A DNA stretch of 64,000 nucleotides from Thermoanaerobaculia bacterium (GTDB lineage Bacteria; Acidobacteriota; Thermoanaerobaculia; Multivoradales; Multivoraceae). This document shows, piece by piece, positions 42,078 through 51,031 of the stretch; the first letter of the stretch is position 1, and every line of letters starts with the position of its first letter. The notes under the pieces were generated by a model. It made no database searches. It was not told where the DNA came from and saw nothing but the letters and a program-made list of their open reading frames with translations. Location of the stretch: the NCBI GenBank assembly GCA_963664405.1, contig OY761158.1, forward strand, positions 1,536,001-1,600,000, given 5' to 3'. The position numbers were made by a program, and so were the translations under genes.

Positions 42078-42386
42078 ATGCTTTATATGGTGGAAGCCGA
42101 GGGATCAATGGAGAGAGCCAACGCAATCGACGCGGAAGGAGGCCCCGGTGATTTCTTCAAAAAACTCGGCGAACGCTTCCAGCCGCAGTCGCTCTGGGCC
42201 GATCCGACCGGGCGACGGACATTCATGGTGGTCGAGCTCGAATCTGAAGCGAAGATCGCCGAGCTCATGTACGCCCTCACCTGGTTCTGCGGAACCGAGC
42301 CTATCTTCACACCGCTGATGGACCCGTCGATCTACGATGAGGCGATCGAGCAGGCCAAGAGAATCATTTCTCCTCCGCAAGGCTAA
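42078..42386 (+). CDS. Small hypothetical protein (GYD/DUF3303-like)
   Basis: GAGGAGG RBS; MLYMVE...GRRTFMVVEL...PIFTPLM pattern. Confidence 0.65.
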   Translation: MLYMVEAEGSMERANAIDAEGGPGDFFKKLGERFQPQSLWADPTGRRTFMVVELESEAKIAELMYALTWFCGTEPIFTPLMDPSIYDEAIEQAKRIISPPQG

Positions 42387-42472
42387 ACGGCCACGGCGGC
42401 GACCCCAGGCCGGGATAGAATCTCCCTCATTCGACCCGACTCCCTATTCGATTGTCCCAAGGAGGCAAAGGT

Positions 42473-45310
42473 ATGTCGAAACGAATTTTCTTGCTCCACC
42501 TGGTGGCGTGGTGTGGCGTCAGCTTCCTCGCCACGACGCCCGTTCTCGCCCAATCGGCAACCTCGCTCACCGACGATTCCGTCGTCTCGCTCCGGGTACG
42601 CTTCGGCCTCACCGACACCGAACCGAGCTCGTGGGACGGAACTGTGGACGTCACCGGTGGCCAGGTGCTCGGCTTGCGCAACTGGAACCCACACCCCACG
42701 GAAGAGATCATCGGCACCACCGGCTGGGCGCTGGCGACGCGCCAGGGGTTGAACTACCCCCGCCGCGTCTATCAGTTCGAAGACCCGCTCGGCACGGTCG
42801 AGTTCGTCTATCACCCCGGCGTCGTCGTCGACGTGGCGACCCGATCGAGGACACGCCTCCAGTTCACCACCCCACGAGGAGAGTTCGAGGTGCGACCCAG
42901 CGATCTTCGCGTCGGCCGAGCGCTCTCTTTCCTCGATGGAGCGGTGTCGGTGGATCGAGTGACGCCCGCCGAGTCCTTGTCGACGCCGGAGTATGAGAGC
43001 GACTTCGCCACCATGGTGAGTGGCGAGAACGGCGAAGTCTGGGCCGCCTGGAACGCCTACCGCGACGGCGGCAATGTGATCTTCGCGCGGCGCTTCGACG
43101 GTGCGCGTTGGCAACCGGCCATCAAGGTCACAGAGAAGCCCGCCGACATCTACCTCCCGAAGATGGGGCGCGACAGTAAGGGGCGGGTATGGGTGGTGTG
43201 GTCGGAGCAGATCGAAGGCAACTTCGATCTCTACGGCCGCTATCGAGACGGCGACGCCTTCTCAGCGGTCGAGCGCCTCACCCGGGCACCGCAGTCGGAT
43301 GTGGAGCACACTCTGGTCAGCGACTCGCAGGGCAACATGTGGCTGGTCTGGCAGGGTTTCCGCAACGGAAGATCCGACATTTTCGCCCGCCGTTACGATG
43401 GCTCGCGATGGTCTGCCGAAGAGAAAATCTCGACTTCCAAAGCCAATGACTGGAAGCCTGCGATCGCCGCCGACAGCAGTGGCCACGTCTACGTCGCCTG
43501 GGACACCTACGATCAGGGCAACTACGACGTCCTGATGCGCCGCTGGTCCGGCGACAGCTGGGGCGAGGTGGTCCCCATCGCCCAGACACCCAAGTTCGAG
43601 GCCCACGTCAGCCTCGCCTGCGACCGCGATGACCGACTGTGGGCGGCCTGGAACGAGAGCGGCTACCAGTGGGGCAAAGACTCGGGTTTCGAGATCTACA
43701 AAGAAGCCACCCGCCTCTACGAGTGGCGCAAGGTCGCAGTCGCGGTCTGGAACGGCGACCGCTGGCAGATTCCTCAGGCCGACATCAACGAGATGTTGGA
43801 GCGTGAGCTTCCGGAGTACATCCCCGGATTCAACGACCTGCCGGTGTTGCAGAGCGACGCGGAGAACCGCATGTGGCTCTTCTTCCGTCATCGCTCACAG
43901 CGCGCCCGCGACACCCCCGACTTCACACCCTCGCACCGCGCGGCGTGGCAGATCTACGGCACCGCCTTGGTAGGAGGGCAGTGGACGCGTCCGCTCCATC
44001 TACCCTTCAGCCGCAGCCGAAAGGACGTCCGCTGGGGGATCGCTTCAGACGGAGAGGGAAATCTCTTCGCATCGTGGCCGACCGACAACCGAGACTCCGA
44101 AGAGTGGTTATACGTGCACGAGCAAGTGTACGCGGGCCGACTTCCGGGCCTCACCGGCGCAGCGACACCGCCGGTGCTCACCGAGCCGATCGAGCGCGTT
44201 CACTCGACCTATGCTGTGCACCCCAACGAGGTCGAAGACCTCGCACGCATTCGCAACTACAAGATCGAGTCGGGTGGCAAAACCTACCGTATCTATCGCG
44301 GCGACACCCATCGACACACCGAGTTCTCGCACGACGGCAACAACGAAGGGTCGCTGCTCGAGACCTATCGTTACGCCATGGACGCCGCCGAGCTCGACTT
44401 CCTCGGGGTGAGCGAGCACAACAACCTGGGCGGGCAGGACAACGAGTACATCAACTGGCTGCTGCCCCAGATCGCCGACATCTTCCGCCTGGAGCCGACC
44501 TTTACTCCTATTTACACCTACGAGCGAAGCCTCAGCTACCCCAACGGCCATCGCAACATCCTAGCGGCGAAGCGCGGCATTCCCACTCTTCCTATGAGCG
44601 AGGCCGAACGGGCCGGCGAAGAAGGCGCAGCGAGGCTCTACGAGTATCTGAAACGCTACGACGCCATCGCGATCTCCCACACTTCGGCCACCGACATGGG
44701 AACCGACTGGCGTGACAACGACCCCGAGGTCGAGCCTCTGGTCGAGCTCTATCAGGGCGATCGCACCTCCGCCGAGTACGAAGGCGCACCCCGCGCCCCT
44801 ACCGCCGAGAAGCCGATCGGCCAGCAGGGCGGCTTCCAGCCCGCGGGCTTTGTCTGGAACGCGTGGGCGAAGGGCTACAAGATCGGCGTCCAGGCAAGCT
44901 CAGACCACATCTCGACCCACATCTCCTACGCGGCCACGATCGCAGAAGACCCGAGCCCCCAGGGGCTGTTGGACGCGATGCGCAAGCGACATTCTTACGG
45001 CGCGACCGACAACATCATTCTCGACTACCGGATGCGAGCCGACGGCCGCGAGTACATCCAGGGCGACATCGTCGGCGAGGCAAGCTCCTTCGAGCTTTCG
45101 ATCAACGTCATCGGCACCGCTCGCATCGAGCAGATCGACATCATCCGCGACCAGACCTTCGTCCACAACAGGCAGAACCTCGGTCAAGAGGTGAGCCTCT
45201 CGTTCGTCGACACTGACGTCTCGCCGGGCGAGCACTACTACTACGTTCGAGTGATCCAGAAGAACAAGGAGATGGCCTGGTCCTCGCCCATCTGGGTGAC
45301 GACTCGGTAG
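42473..45310 (+). CDS. Large secreted PHP/DUF3604-like metallohydrolase with a beta-propeller-like repeat region
   Basis: AAGGAGG RBS; signal peptide; repeats DSKGRVWVVW / DSQGNMWLVW / DSSGHVYVAW; YRGDTHRHT, DFLGVSEH, GHRN, ASSDH, YYYVRVIQ...AWSSPIWV. Confidence 0.85.
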   Translation: MSKRIFLLHLVAWCGVSFLATTPVLAQSATSLTDDSVVSLRVRFGLTDTEPSSWDGTVDVTGGQVLGLRNWNPHPTEEIIGTTGWALATRQGLNYPRRVYQFEDPLGTVEFVYHPGVVVDVATRSRTRLQFTTPRGEFEVRPSDLRVGRALSFLDGAVSVDRVTPAESLSTPEYESDFATMVSGENGEVWAAWNAYRDGGNVIFARRFDGARWQPAIKVTEKPADIYLPKMGRDSKGRVWVVWSEQIEGNFDLYGRYRDGDAFSAVERLTRAPQSDVEHTLVSDSQGNMWLVWQGFRNGRSDIFARRYDGSRWSAEEKISTSKANDWKPAIAADSSGHVYVAWDTYDQGNYDVLMRRWSGDSWGEVVPIAQTPKFEAHVSLACDRDDRLWAAWNESGYQWGKDSGFEIYKEATRLYEWRKVAVAVWNGDRWQIPQADINEMLERELPEYIPGFNDLPVLQSDAENRMWLFFRHRSQRARDTPDFTPSHRAAWQIYGTALVGGQWTRPLHLPFSRSRKDVRWGIASDGEGNLFASWPTDNRDSEEWLYVHEQVYAGRLPGLTGAATPPVLTEPIERVHSTYAVHPNEVEDLARIRNYKIESGGKTYRIYRGDTHRHTEFSHDGNNEGSLLETYRYAMDAAELDFLGVSEHNNLGGQDNEYINWLLPQIADIFRLEPTFTPIYTYERSLSYPNGHRNILAAKRGIPTLPMSEAERAGEEGAARLYEYLKRYDAIAISHTSATDMGTDWRDNDPEVEPLVELYQGDRTSAEYEGAPRAPTAEKPIGQQGGFQPAGFVWNAWAKGYKIGVQASSDHISTHISYAATIAEDPSPQGLLDAMRKRHSYGATDNIILDYRMRADGREYIQGDIVGEASSFELSINVIGTARIEQIDIIRDQTFVHNRQNLGQEVSLSFVDTDVSPGEHYYYVRVIQKNKEMAWSSPIWVTTR

Positions 45311-45358
45311 CGGGGAGGAGGGCCGAGCTCTAGGCCGAAGTGATGCCGAGGCTCGGCG

Positions 45359-46069
45359 TCACTTCAAACGCAACTTCTTGAGCAGGCCCTTCTTGGCCTC
45401 CTCCTTCTCTTCTTCGACCGCCTCGTCCACCGCTTCTTCGACCGCCGCCCGCATCGCCTGCTTGACCGCCCCGCCGATCTCGCTCAAAAGCTGAGAGAAG
45501 ACCTGGGAGGCGATCTCTTCGCCGGTGCCCTCGAGGTTGTTGAACACCATCTCCCGAATGTTGAGATCGATGGGCTCGTCGCGCTCTTCACTCGACAAGG
45601 TGGCGACCGCGGCCTCGATCTCGATACGGTCGATGCGCAGAGAGACCGGCTCGCCCTCCTCGTCGACCGCCTCGGACTCTTCAGGCGGTGCATCACTCGA
45701 AAGGCCGGAGAGCAGCTCGTCGAAATTGCTGGTCTCGCCCTTCGACTCGGCTCGGATCTGGGTGTCGGCAACTCGAATCAGACTAATGGCCCCCGCGTCG
45801 GCATCGAGAGAGAGGGTGAGCTCACCCAGGGCAAGGGCTGAGTTGCGACTGTAGCCTGGAGGGTTGGCGACCTCGAGCCCGCGAATCGTTCCGCGGCCCT
45901 CGGAGAGATGTAGCTCGACGGCGGCAACCGAAACGTCGACGCCGAGCATCTTGGTGCCGATGCTCTCGATCGCCGCCTTGGCGATCCCATCGAGATTCGA
46001 GCCCACGAACATGAGCAAGCCGACGATCACAACGACCACAACACCCAAGCCAATGAGCACCTTCTTCAT
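45359..46069 (-). CDS. AsmA/DUF748-like membrane-anchored protein
   Basis: MKKVLIGLGVVVVVI N-terminal TM; NLDGIAKAAIE; GTIRGLEVANPPGY. Confidence 0.7.
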   Translation of the reverse strand: MKKVLIGLGVVVVVIVGLLMFVGSNLDGIAKAAIESIGTKMLGVDVSVAAVELHLSEGRGTIRGLEVANPPGYSRNSALALGELTLSLDADAGAISLIRVADTQIRAESKGETSNFDELLSGLSSDAPPEESEAVDEEGEPVSLRIDRIEIEAAVATLSSEERDEPIDLNIREMVFNNLEGTGEEIASQVFSQLLSEIGGAVKQAMRAAVEEAVDEAVEEEKEEAKKGLLKKLRLK

Positions 46070-46080
46070 CGAACGTCCCC

Positions 46081-46245
46081 CTAGACCAGCGTTTCCAAAG
46101 TTCGTGTACATAGGTCGAGGTCATTCTGTTCGCTGGCCAGGCGCGCCGACGCAGGCATATTGGGCAATATGTCGAGGAGGCGAAACGACGCCAGCGGACA
46201 GAAGGGGCCGAGATATGTGCGCGAACTTTGGAAACGCTGGTCTAG
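46081..46245. mobile_element. Palindromic MITE/REP-like element bounded by CTAG
   Basis: Perfect 24-bp IR CTAGACCAGCGTTTCCAAAGTTCG (46081-46104 / 46222-46245); inner IR TTCTGTTCGCTGGC / GCCAGCGGACAGAA; central CATATTG-GG-CAATATG; non-coding. Confidence 0.8.
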
Positions 46246-46361
46246 TATCGATCCGTGAACGTCGATCCTATCCTGGTGAGCGGTCTCGCTAGAGAGAGTA
46301 AGATGGCTCGGCCCGAAGACCGAGGTGAGTGCAAGGCTGACGATGAGAGGAGCTCGATTCG

Positions 46362-47054
46362 ATGAGTGAACGGCGACCGACCCCGGAGATGGTCGACGGG
46401 ATGCCCATCAGCTACCCCGCCGATTGGCGCACCATCCCGGAAGACAGGTGGCGCTCGATGCGCACGACGCCCGAGGCGTATGAGCGCATGCGAGAGCTTC
46501 GCATCGAGCGCGAGCGACGGACTCCGGCGGTGGGAGACCCGGCGCCCGATTTCGAGCTTCCGATGTTGGTCGAGGGCAGTCCGGATCGCAATCGGACAGT
46601 GCGTCTCTCCTCGCTGGTCGGCACACCCGTCGGGCTGGTCTTCGGCTCCTATACCTGACCGCCCTTCCGGGTCCAGTTGGGCCGGCTCAACGACATCTAC
46701 CGCAGCTACGGGGAAAAGATGAGCTTCTTCTGCGTGTACATCCAGGAGGCCCACCCCGAAGACGGTTGGCAGGTGGAGTGGAATCTCGATGAGGGCCTGA
46801 TCTACAACCAGCCCGTCACCCTCGAGGAACGAGGCGAGATCGCCAACACCTGTGTCTTGCGCCACTCCGTGGAGATGCCGGTTCTCCTCGATGAGATGGA
46901 CAACGAGGTCGACCGTCTTTACGCCGCGCTTCCCGAGCGGCTCTATGTCATCGATCGCGAAGGGCGGGTGGCGTGGAAGAGCATCATGGGCTCTGGCGGC
47001 TTCGACGCGGAGGCCTTCGCCGACGCGGTGAGGCTGGCCTACCGGCCAGGTTGA
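46362..47054 (+). CDS. Iodothyronine-deiodinase-like thioredoxin-fold selenoprotein (UGA=Sec at 46656-46658)
   Basis: ORFs 46362..46658 and 46677..47054 are in frame across TGA: VGDPAPDFEL...LVFGSYT-U-PPFRVQ...VYIQEAHPEDGW...YAALPERLYVI, matching the deiodinase GSxTUPPF and YIxEAH motifs. Confidence 0.88.
46659..46690 (+). promoter_or_regulatory. Putative bacterial SECIS hairpin
   Basis: CCGG-G-UCC-AGUU-GGG-CCGG stem-loop; loop starts ~16 nt after UGA with G at loop position 2 (folded by eye). Confidence 0.5.
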
Positions 47055-47081
47055 GATCGGGGGATCGCGACTAGTCCCCGA

Positions 47082-47405
47082 TCACTTCCGACCCTTGCCT
47101 TTCTTCTTGTCGGCCTTGCGAAGCTCTTTCTCGATCTTCTTGAGGCTCTTCTTGGTCTGGACGTCCTCTGGAGGTCCCTTACCCTTGTTCTTGTCGGCCG
47201 TTCGCAGGGCCTTCTCGACCTCCTTGGCTGCCTTCTTCGCCTCTTTGTCTTTGGGCGGCCCCTTCGTCGCCGTCGCCGCTCCAAATCCTCCTGCGACCGA
47301 GTAGGTGACGGCCACGAGGCCGGAGGCCAGGCTCTCAACAGCCGCGAGGGGAGTGGCTGCAAGCACAGCGATAAGTAGTATCGGGAGCGAGCGGGCAGGA
47401 CTCAT
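47082..47405 (-). CDS. Small Lys-rich secreted protein
   Basis: Signal peptide; internal duplication KGPP...KEVEKALRTADKNKGKG / KGPP...KKIEKELRKADKKKGKG. Confidence 0.6.
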   Translation of the reverse strand: MSPARSLPILLIAVLAATPLAAVESLASGLVAVTYSVAGGFGAATATKGPPKDKEAKKAAKEVEKALRTADKNKGKGPPEDVQTKKSLKKIEKELRKADKKKGKGRK

Positions 47406-47512
47406 ATTCGGCTCCAGGAGTCTCTCAAAAAAATCGAAACTGGAGGGAATTCATTATAGCGGGCGACCCACCTCAGTGCCTCCACGTTCACGCCGACGGG
47501 CTCTTCGCCCGA

Positions 47513-48919
47513 CTATTCTGCGTTGGCAAGAGCCGTCTTGTACCCCGAGTAACGCGGCTGATCGATCGCGACCTGGTTGACCACGGTCGTCCTCAGATGG
47601 TCCGCCAGCCCGGGCTCGTCAAGCGGCATGGTTCCGTCGCGTAGGGCATGGACCAGTCGCCAGCGCAGCTCTTCGAGGTCGCCCGCGGCACCTAGGATCT
47701 TGCTCAAGCGTCCGCGCTCACCTTGGCCATGCGCCTCACCAACGGCGAGCTCGCGTAACACGATGTCGAGGGAGTTACCGGCCACGCGCGAGAGGAAGTT
47801 GATGCGCCCACTCGTCGCGTCCATCACCTCCCCGTGCAAGAAGTCGCGCACGCTCGAGACCAGCTCATCGGTGCGCGGCATGTCGAGGGTCGAGCTCAGC
47901 TCCAGTGGCTCGAGAAGCTCGAACGAGCCGGGGATGAGCAGGTTGACACAGTCGACCTGGCATTCCGAGGTGCGCCTGCCGATAGCCGGGCGCTCGACGC
48001 TGGGGTCGGGGCCGGTGCGGTAAATCTGAGCCATGCCGAGCGTTCCCACCGCCCACCAGAAAGAGCCGAAGACCTCCCAGAACTTGACTCGCTCGAGGTC
48101 GACCTCCTTTCCCGACACGCTCTCATAGCCGGCGAGGAGGTCCTCGTAGCTGCCGAAGCCGCCCACCGGGAGATCGCTGCGCCCGAAGCGCCAGGAGTTG
48201 GTGCAGATCCAGCCCAGGTCTCGCATCGGGTCGCCGATGTGGGCCGTCTCCCAGTCGAGGATCGCCACCACGCCTTGCGGACCGACCATGATGTTGCCGT
48301 TGCGGAAGTCGTTGTGGACAAGCGCCATCTCGGTCTCGGCCGGCAGATGATCTTCGAGCCATCTCGCCGCGTAGTCGATCATCGGTTGCGGCGTGCCGAA
48401 GGCCTTGTAGTTGTTCCAGGTCTGCTCGATGAACTCCTGCGGTGTCTGCCGGGTGAGGGTCGACTCGAGACCGTCAACATCGGGATCGATAGCGTGGATG
48501 CGGGCAAGGATCTCTCCGCATTGCCGGGCCAGAAGGGGGCGCGCTTTCGCCAGCTCCTCCGACCGAACGACACGAGCGCCCAGAGTCTCGCCGTCGAGCC
48601 ACTCCATCAGAAAGCCGTCACCCAGACCTTCCTCGGCATCGAGCAGATGCAGCACTCGCGGCTCCGGAACGCCCGCCTCGAGGGCCGCTCGCATCAACGC
48701 CGCCTCGCCTCGCAGGCCCGGCCGCCCGAGCGCATCGGGAGCCCCGCCTCCGGCCGCCCTACGCAGCGCCAGCCGGAGCTCGCCCTCGTCGGTGTCGACG
48801 ACGACACGGTAAGTCTCCTGACTGGCACCGCCCGAGAGGCGCTCGGCCTTGACCAGTTTGCGGAAGCCGCCGACGCACTCCGCCAGCACAGCTTCGAGCC
48901 GCGTGTCGAAATCACTCAC
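47513..48919 (-). CDS. APH/ACAD10-like phosphotransferase with C-terminal DUF6285-like domain
   Basis: LSGGASQETY; VPEPRV; LVHNDFRNGN; ILDWETAHIGDPMRDLGW; VAIDQPRY. Start taken at GTG 48919. Confidence 0.88.
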   Translation of the reverse strand: MSDFDTRLEAVLAECVGGFRKLVKAERLSGGASQETYRVVVDTDEGELRLALRRAAGGGAPDALGRPGLRGEAALMRAALEAGVPEPRVLHLLDAEEGLGDGFLMEWLDGETLGARVVRSEELAKARPLLARQCGEILARIHAIDPDVDGLESTLTRQTPQEFIEQTWNNYKAFGTPQPMIDYAARWLEDHLPAETEMALVHNDFRNGNIMVGPQGVVAILDWETAHIGDPMRDLGWICTNSWRFGRSDLPVGGFGSYEDLLAGYESVSGKEVDLERVKFWEVFGSFWWAVGTLGMAQIYRTGPDPSVERPAIGRRTSECQVDCVNLLIPGSFELLEPLELSSTLDMPRTDELVSSVRDFLHGEVMDATSGRINFLSRVAGNSLDIVLRELAVGEAHGQGERGRLSKILGAAGDLEELRWRLVHALRDGTMPLDEPGLADHLRTTVVNQVAIDQPRYSGYKTALANAE

Positions 48920-49038
48920 AGGCAGACCCTCACGACAGCGGGAGAATAACCCGTTCACGGATCGGAGTCGAAGCTTGGCCAGAGGCCGCAAGAGCACATA
49001 GAGTGGTGCTTCTCAGTTATCCGTGAAAGGAGCGAACG

Positions 49039-49512
49039 ATGTCAGACACACTCCAGGCCGCCCACGATCTTCTGCAAACCCATATCGGCAAAGAGCAGCC
49101 GCCCTCCGACTGGTTCACCGTCACCCAGGACCGTATCGACCAGTTCGCCGATGTCACCATGGACCACCAGTGGATCCACGTCGACCCGGAGCGGTCGAGC
49201 GCCGGGCCATTCGGAACGACGATCGCCCACGGGCACCTCACTCTTTCGCTCTTGGGTCACCTCCCGCGCTCGAGTGACGACACCGGTCTTCCTGCGCTCG
49301 AGGGCCAGAAGATGGGCATCAACTACGGCTTCGATCGGGTCCGATTTCCCTCGCCGGTGAAGGTCGGATCGCGCATTCGAACTCGAAGAACGCTACGGCG
49401 CGTCGAGATTAAGGGCGGCATGATCGAAGCGATGCACGAAGTCGTGATGGAAGTCGAGGGACAGGAGAAACCTGCGTGTGTCGCCGAGAGCCTCGGGCGG
49501 ATGGTGTTCTAG
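49039..49512 (+). CDS. MaoC-family dehydratase
   Basis: VTQDRIDQFADVTMDHQWIHVDPER...GPFGTTIAHG; INYGFDRVRFPSPV; KPACVAE. Confidence 0.93.
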   Translation: MSDTLQAAHDLLQTHIGKEQPPSDWFTVTQDRIDQFADVTMDHQWIHVDPERSSAGPFGTTIAHGHLTLSLLGHLPRSSDDTGLPALEGQKMGINYGFDRVRFPSPVKVGSRIRTRRTLRRVEIKGGMIEAMHEVVMEVEGQEKPACVAESLGRMVF

Positions 49513-49647
49513 AGCCGCCCCCGAACGACCCCCCGACTTCGAACGGCGCAGTGAGCGCGCTATCCTCCCTGTCGGAGTGGCTACCGGAAGGGTTCGAGGG
49601 GCCAGCGTAGCCCGGGCGCGACGATCGCAAACTGCTAGCATCGCGAG

Positions 49648-49992
49648 GTGATCCCCGCCCCATCGAAGGTGTCACCCGCTATCGCCGACGTGGCGAAGGA
49701 GTTCTGCGAGCGGCTACGAGCTGAGCTTGGTGTGAACGTGCTTCGAGTGCGCCTCTTCGGTTCGTTCGTGCGTGGGGGAGCCAACGAAGACTCCGACATC
49801 GATATCGCCGTGGTGCTTCGGACCCTGGACTGGGCTACTCGGGGGCGCGTTATCGACATCGCTACCGACGTCGGTCTCGCCCACGACGCACTTCTCTCAC
49901 CGACACTCTTCGATCGACAAACGTACGAGCGATGGCGCGACCAGGATCGACCCCTTGTACGAGACATCGAGCGCGAAGGGGTCGAGGTTTGA
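49648..49992 (+). CDS. Minimal nucleotidyltransferase (MNT)
   Basis: LFGSFVRGGANEDSDIDIAV (GSx10DxD); IEREGV C-terminus. Confidence 0.88.
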   Translation: MIPAPSKVSPAIADVAKEFCERLRAELGVNVLRVRLFGSFVRGGANEDSDIDIAVVLRTLDWATRGRVIDIATDVGLAHDALLSPTLFDRQTYERWRDQDRPLVRDIEREGVEV

Positions 49993-50378
49993 CCGGAGAG
50001 GGTCGGCAGGAGGCAGCGAACGCAGAGCTCGATCTCGCCGATGAGGAGCTTCGGGCCTGCCGCCAGCTGCTGGCTAGCGGTCTCGCCAGAGTAGCGCTGA
50101 CACGAGCCTACTTCGCTGTCTTTCACGCGGTCAGGGCTCGCCTGTATTCCGAGGGTCTCGAGCCGAGATCGCATATCGGAGCGCAGCGTCTCTTCAACCT
50201 ACACTTCGTGAAAACAGGCGCCTACGAACCGGCGACGTCGCGACTCCTCGCTCGACTCCAGAAGTTCCGCGAAGAAGCCGACTATGCCCAAGCTTTCGTC
50301 GTCGACGACGAAGGCGCCGGCGAAGAGATCGCGGCAGCCGAGCTGTTTGTGGCTCGGGTGCGTGAAGACCTCAGCTAG
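49989..50378 (+). CDS. HEPN domain protein (MNT-HEPN pair)
   Basis: TTG start overlaps the MNT stop; RAYFAVFHA, SH.G, FREEADY motifs. Confidence 0.85.
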   Translation: MTGEGRQEAANAELDLADEELRACRQLLASGLARVALTRAYFAVFHAVRARLYSEGLEPRSHIGAQRLFNLHFVKTGAYEPATSRLLARLQKFREEADYAQAFVVDDEGAGEEIAAAELFVARVREDLS

Positions 50379-50491
50379 TAGACCTATTCCAGCACTCTTT
50401 AGGAAGGGCATAGGCGACCAGCGGTGCTACCGCCGCCGAGCCGAGTATTCGGAGCGCGGCGCGACGGTCGAGACCGCCTTCGCCGTCAGAG

Positions 50492-50961
50492 TCAGACACT
50501 GACAGTCTGGTCCACGAAGGCCTCACGCACGTTGCCCATGGCTTGCTCGGCCTCCGCGACGATATCGAGAACAATCTGCCCAGCCGGCTTGACCGCATGA
50601 ATCAGCCCCGAGCCCGTCCCCGCGGCGTAGCTGCCCTTGGTGCCATCCACATCGTCCGGAATTCGCATCGATCCCACTCTCTGGACCGCCATGATCTCCA
50701 TCGGCTTCTTCCCCGGCTCGTCGTGCGAATCCAGCTCGGCGAAGAAGTCGTTCCTCACCAAGGCCTGTCGGTGAGCTCCACCAACTTGACCATCTGCTCA
50801 CGCGAGCCTTCCAGCCCGAAGGTTGCACTCGACAGGGTTCCGAGTCCTCCGGCGTTCGAGACCGCCGCGGTGAGCCGTGAATCGCTCTGACCCATCATGC
50901 CGCCAAGAATGATCGGGTGCTCGATACCGAGAACTTCGCAAATCGGGGTTCGTATGGACAT
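50492..50961 (-). pseudogene. Nitronate monooxygenase (2-nitropropane dioxygenase) remnant, centre deleted
   Basis: N-terminus IRTPICEVLGIEHPIILGGM...AAVSNAGGLG...LTDRPW joined out of frame to C-terminus AGTGSGLIHAVKPAGQIV.DIVAEA; only ~155 codons remain. Confidence 0.85.
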
Positions 50962-51031
50962 CGTGTTGCTCCAACAGGCGTTGAGTTGATCGTTCAGAGC
51001 GGCAGGGTCGGCTTCGGCCCGGCGTAAAGGG

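Noticed and set aside
46677-47054. Separate small genes 46362..46658 / 46677..47054 and 51873..52235 / 50994..51845
   Set aside because: Each pair is in frame across a single UGA at a catalytic Cys/Sec position and is better explained as one selenoprotein.
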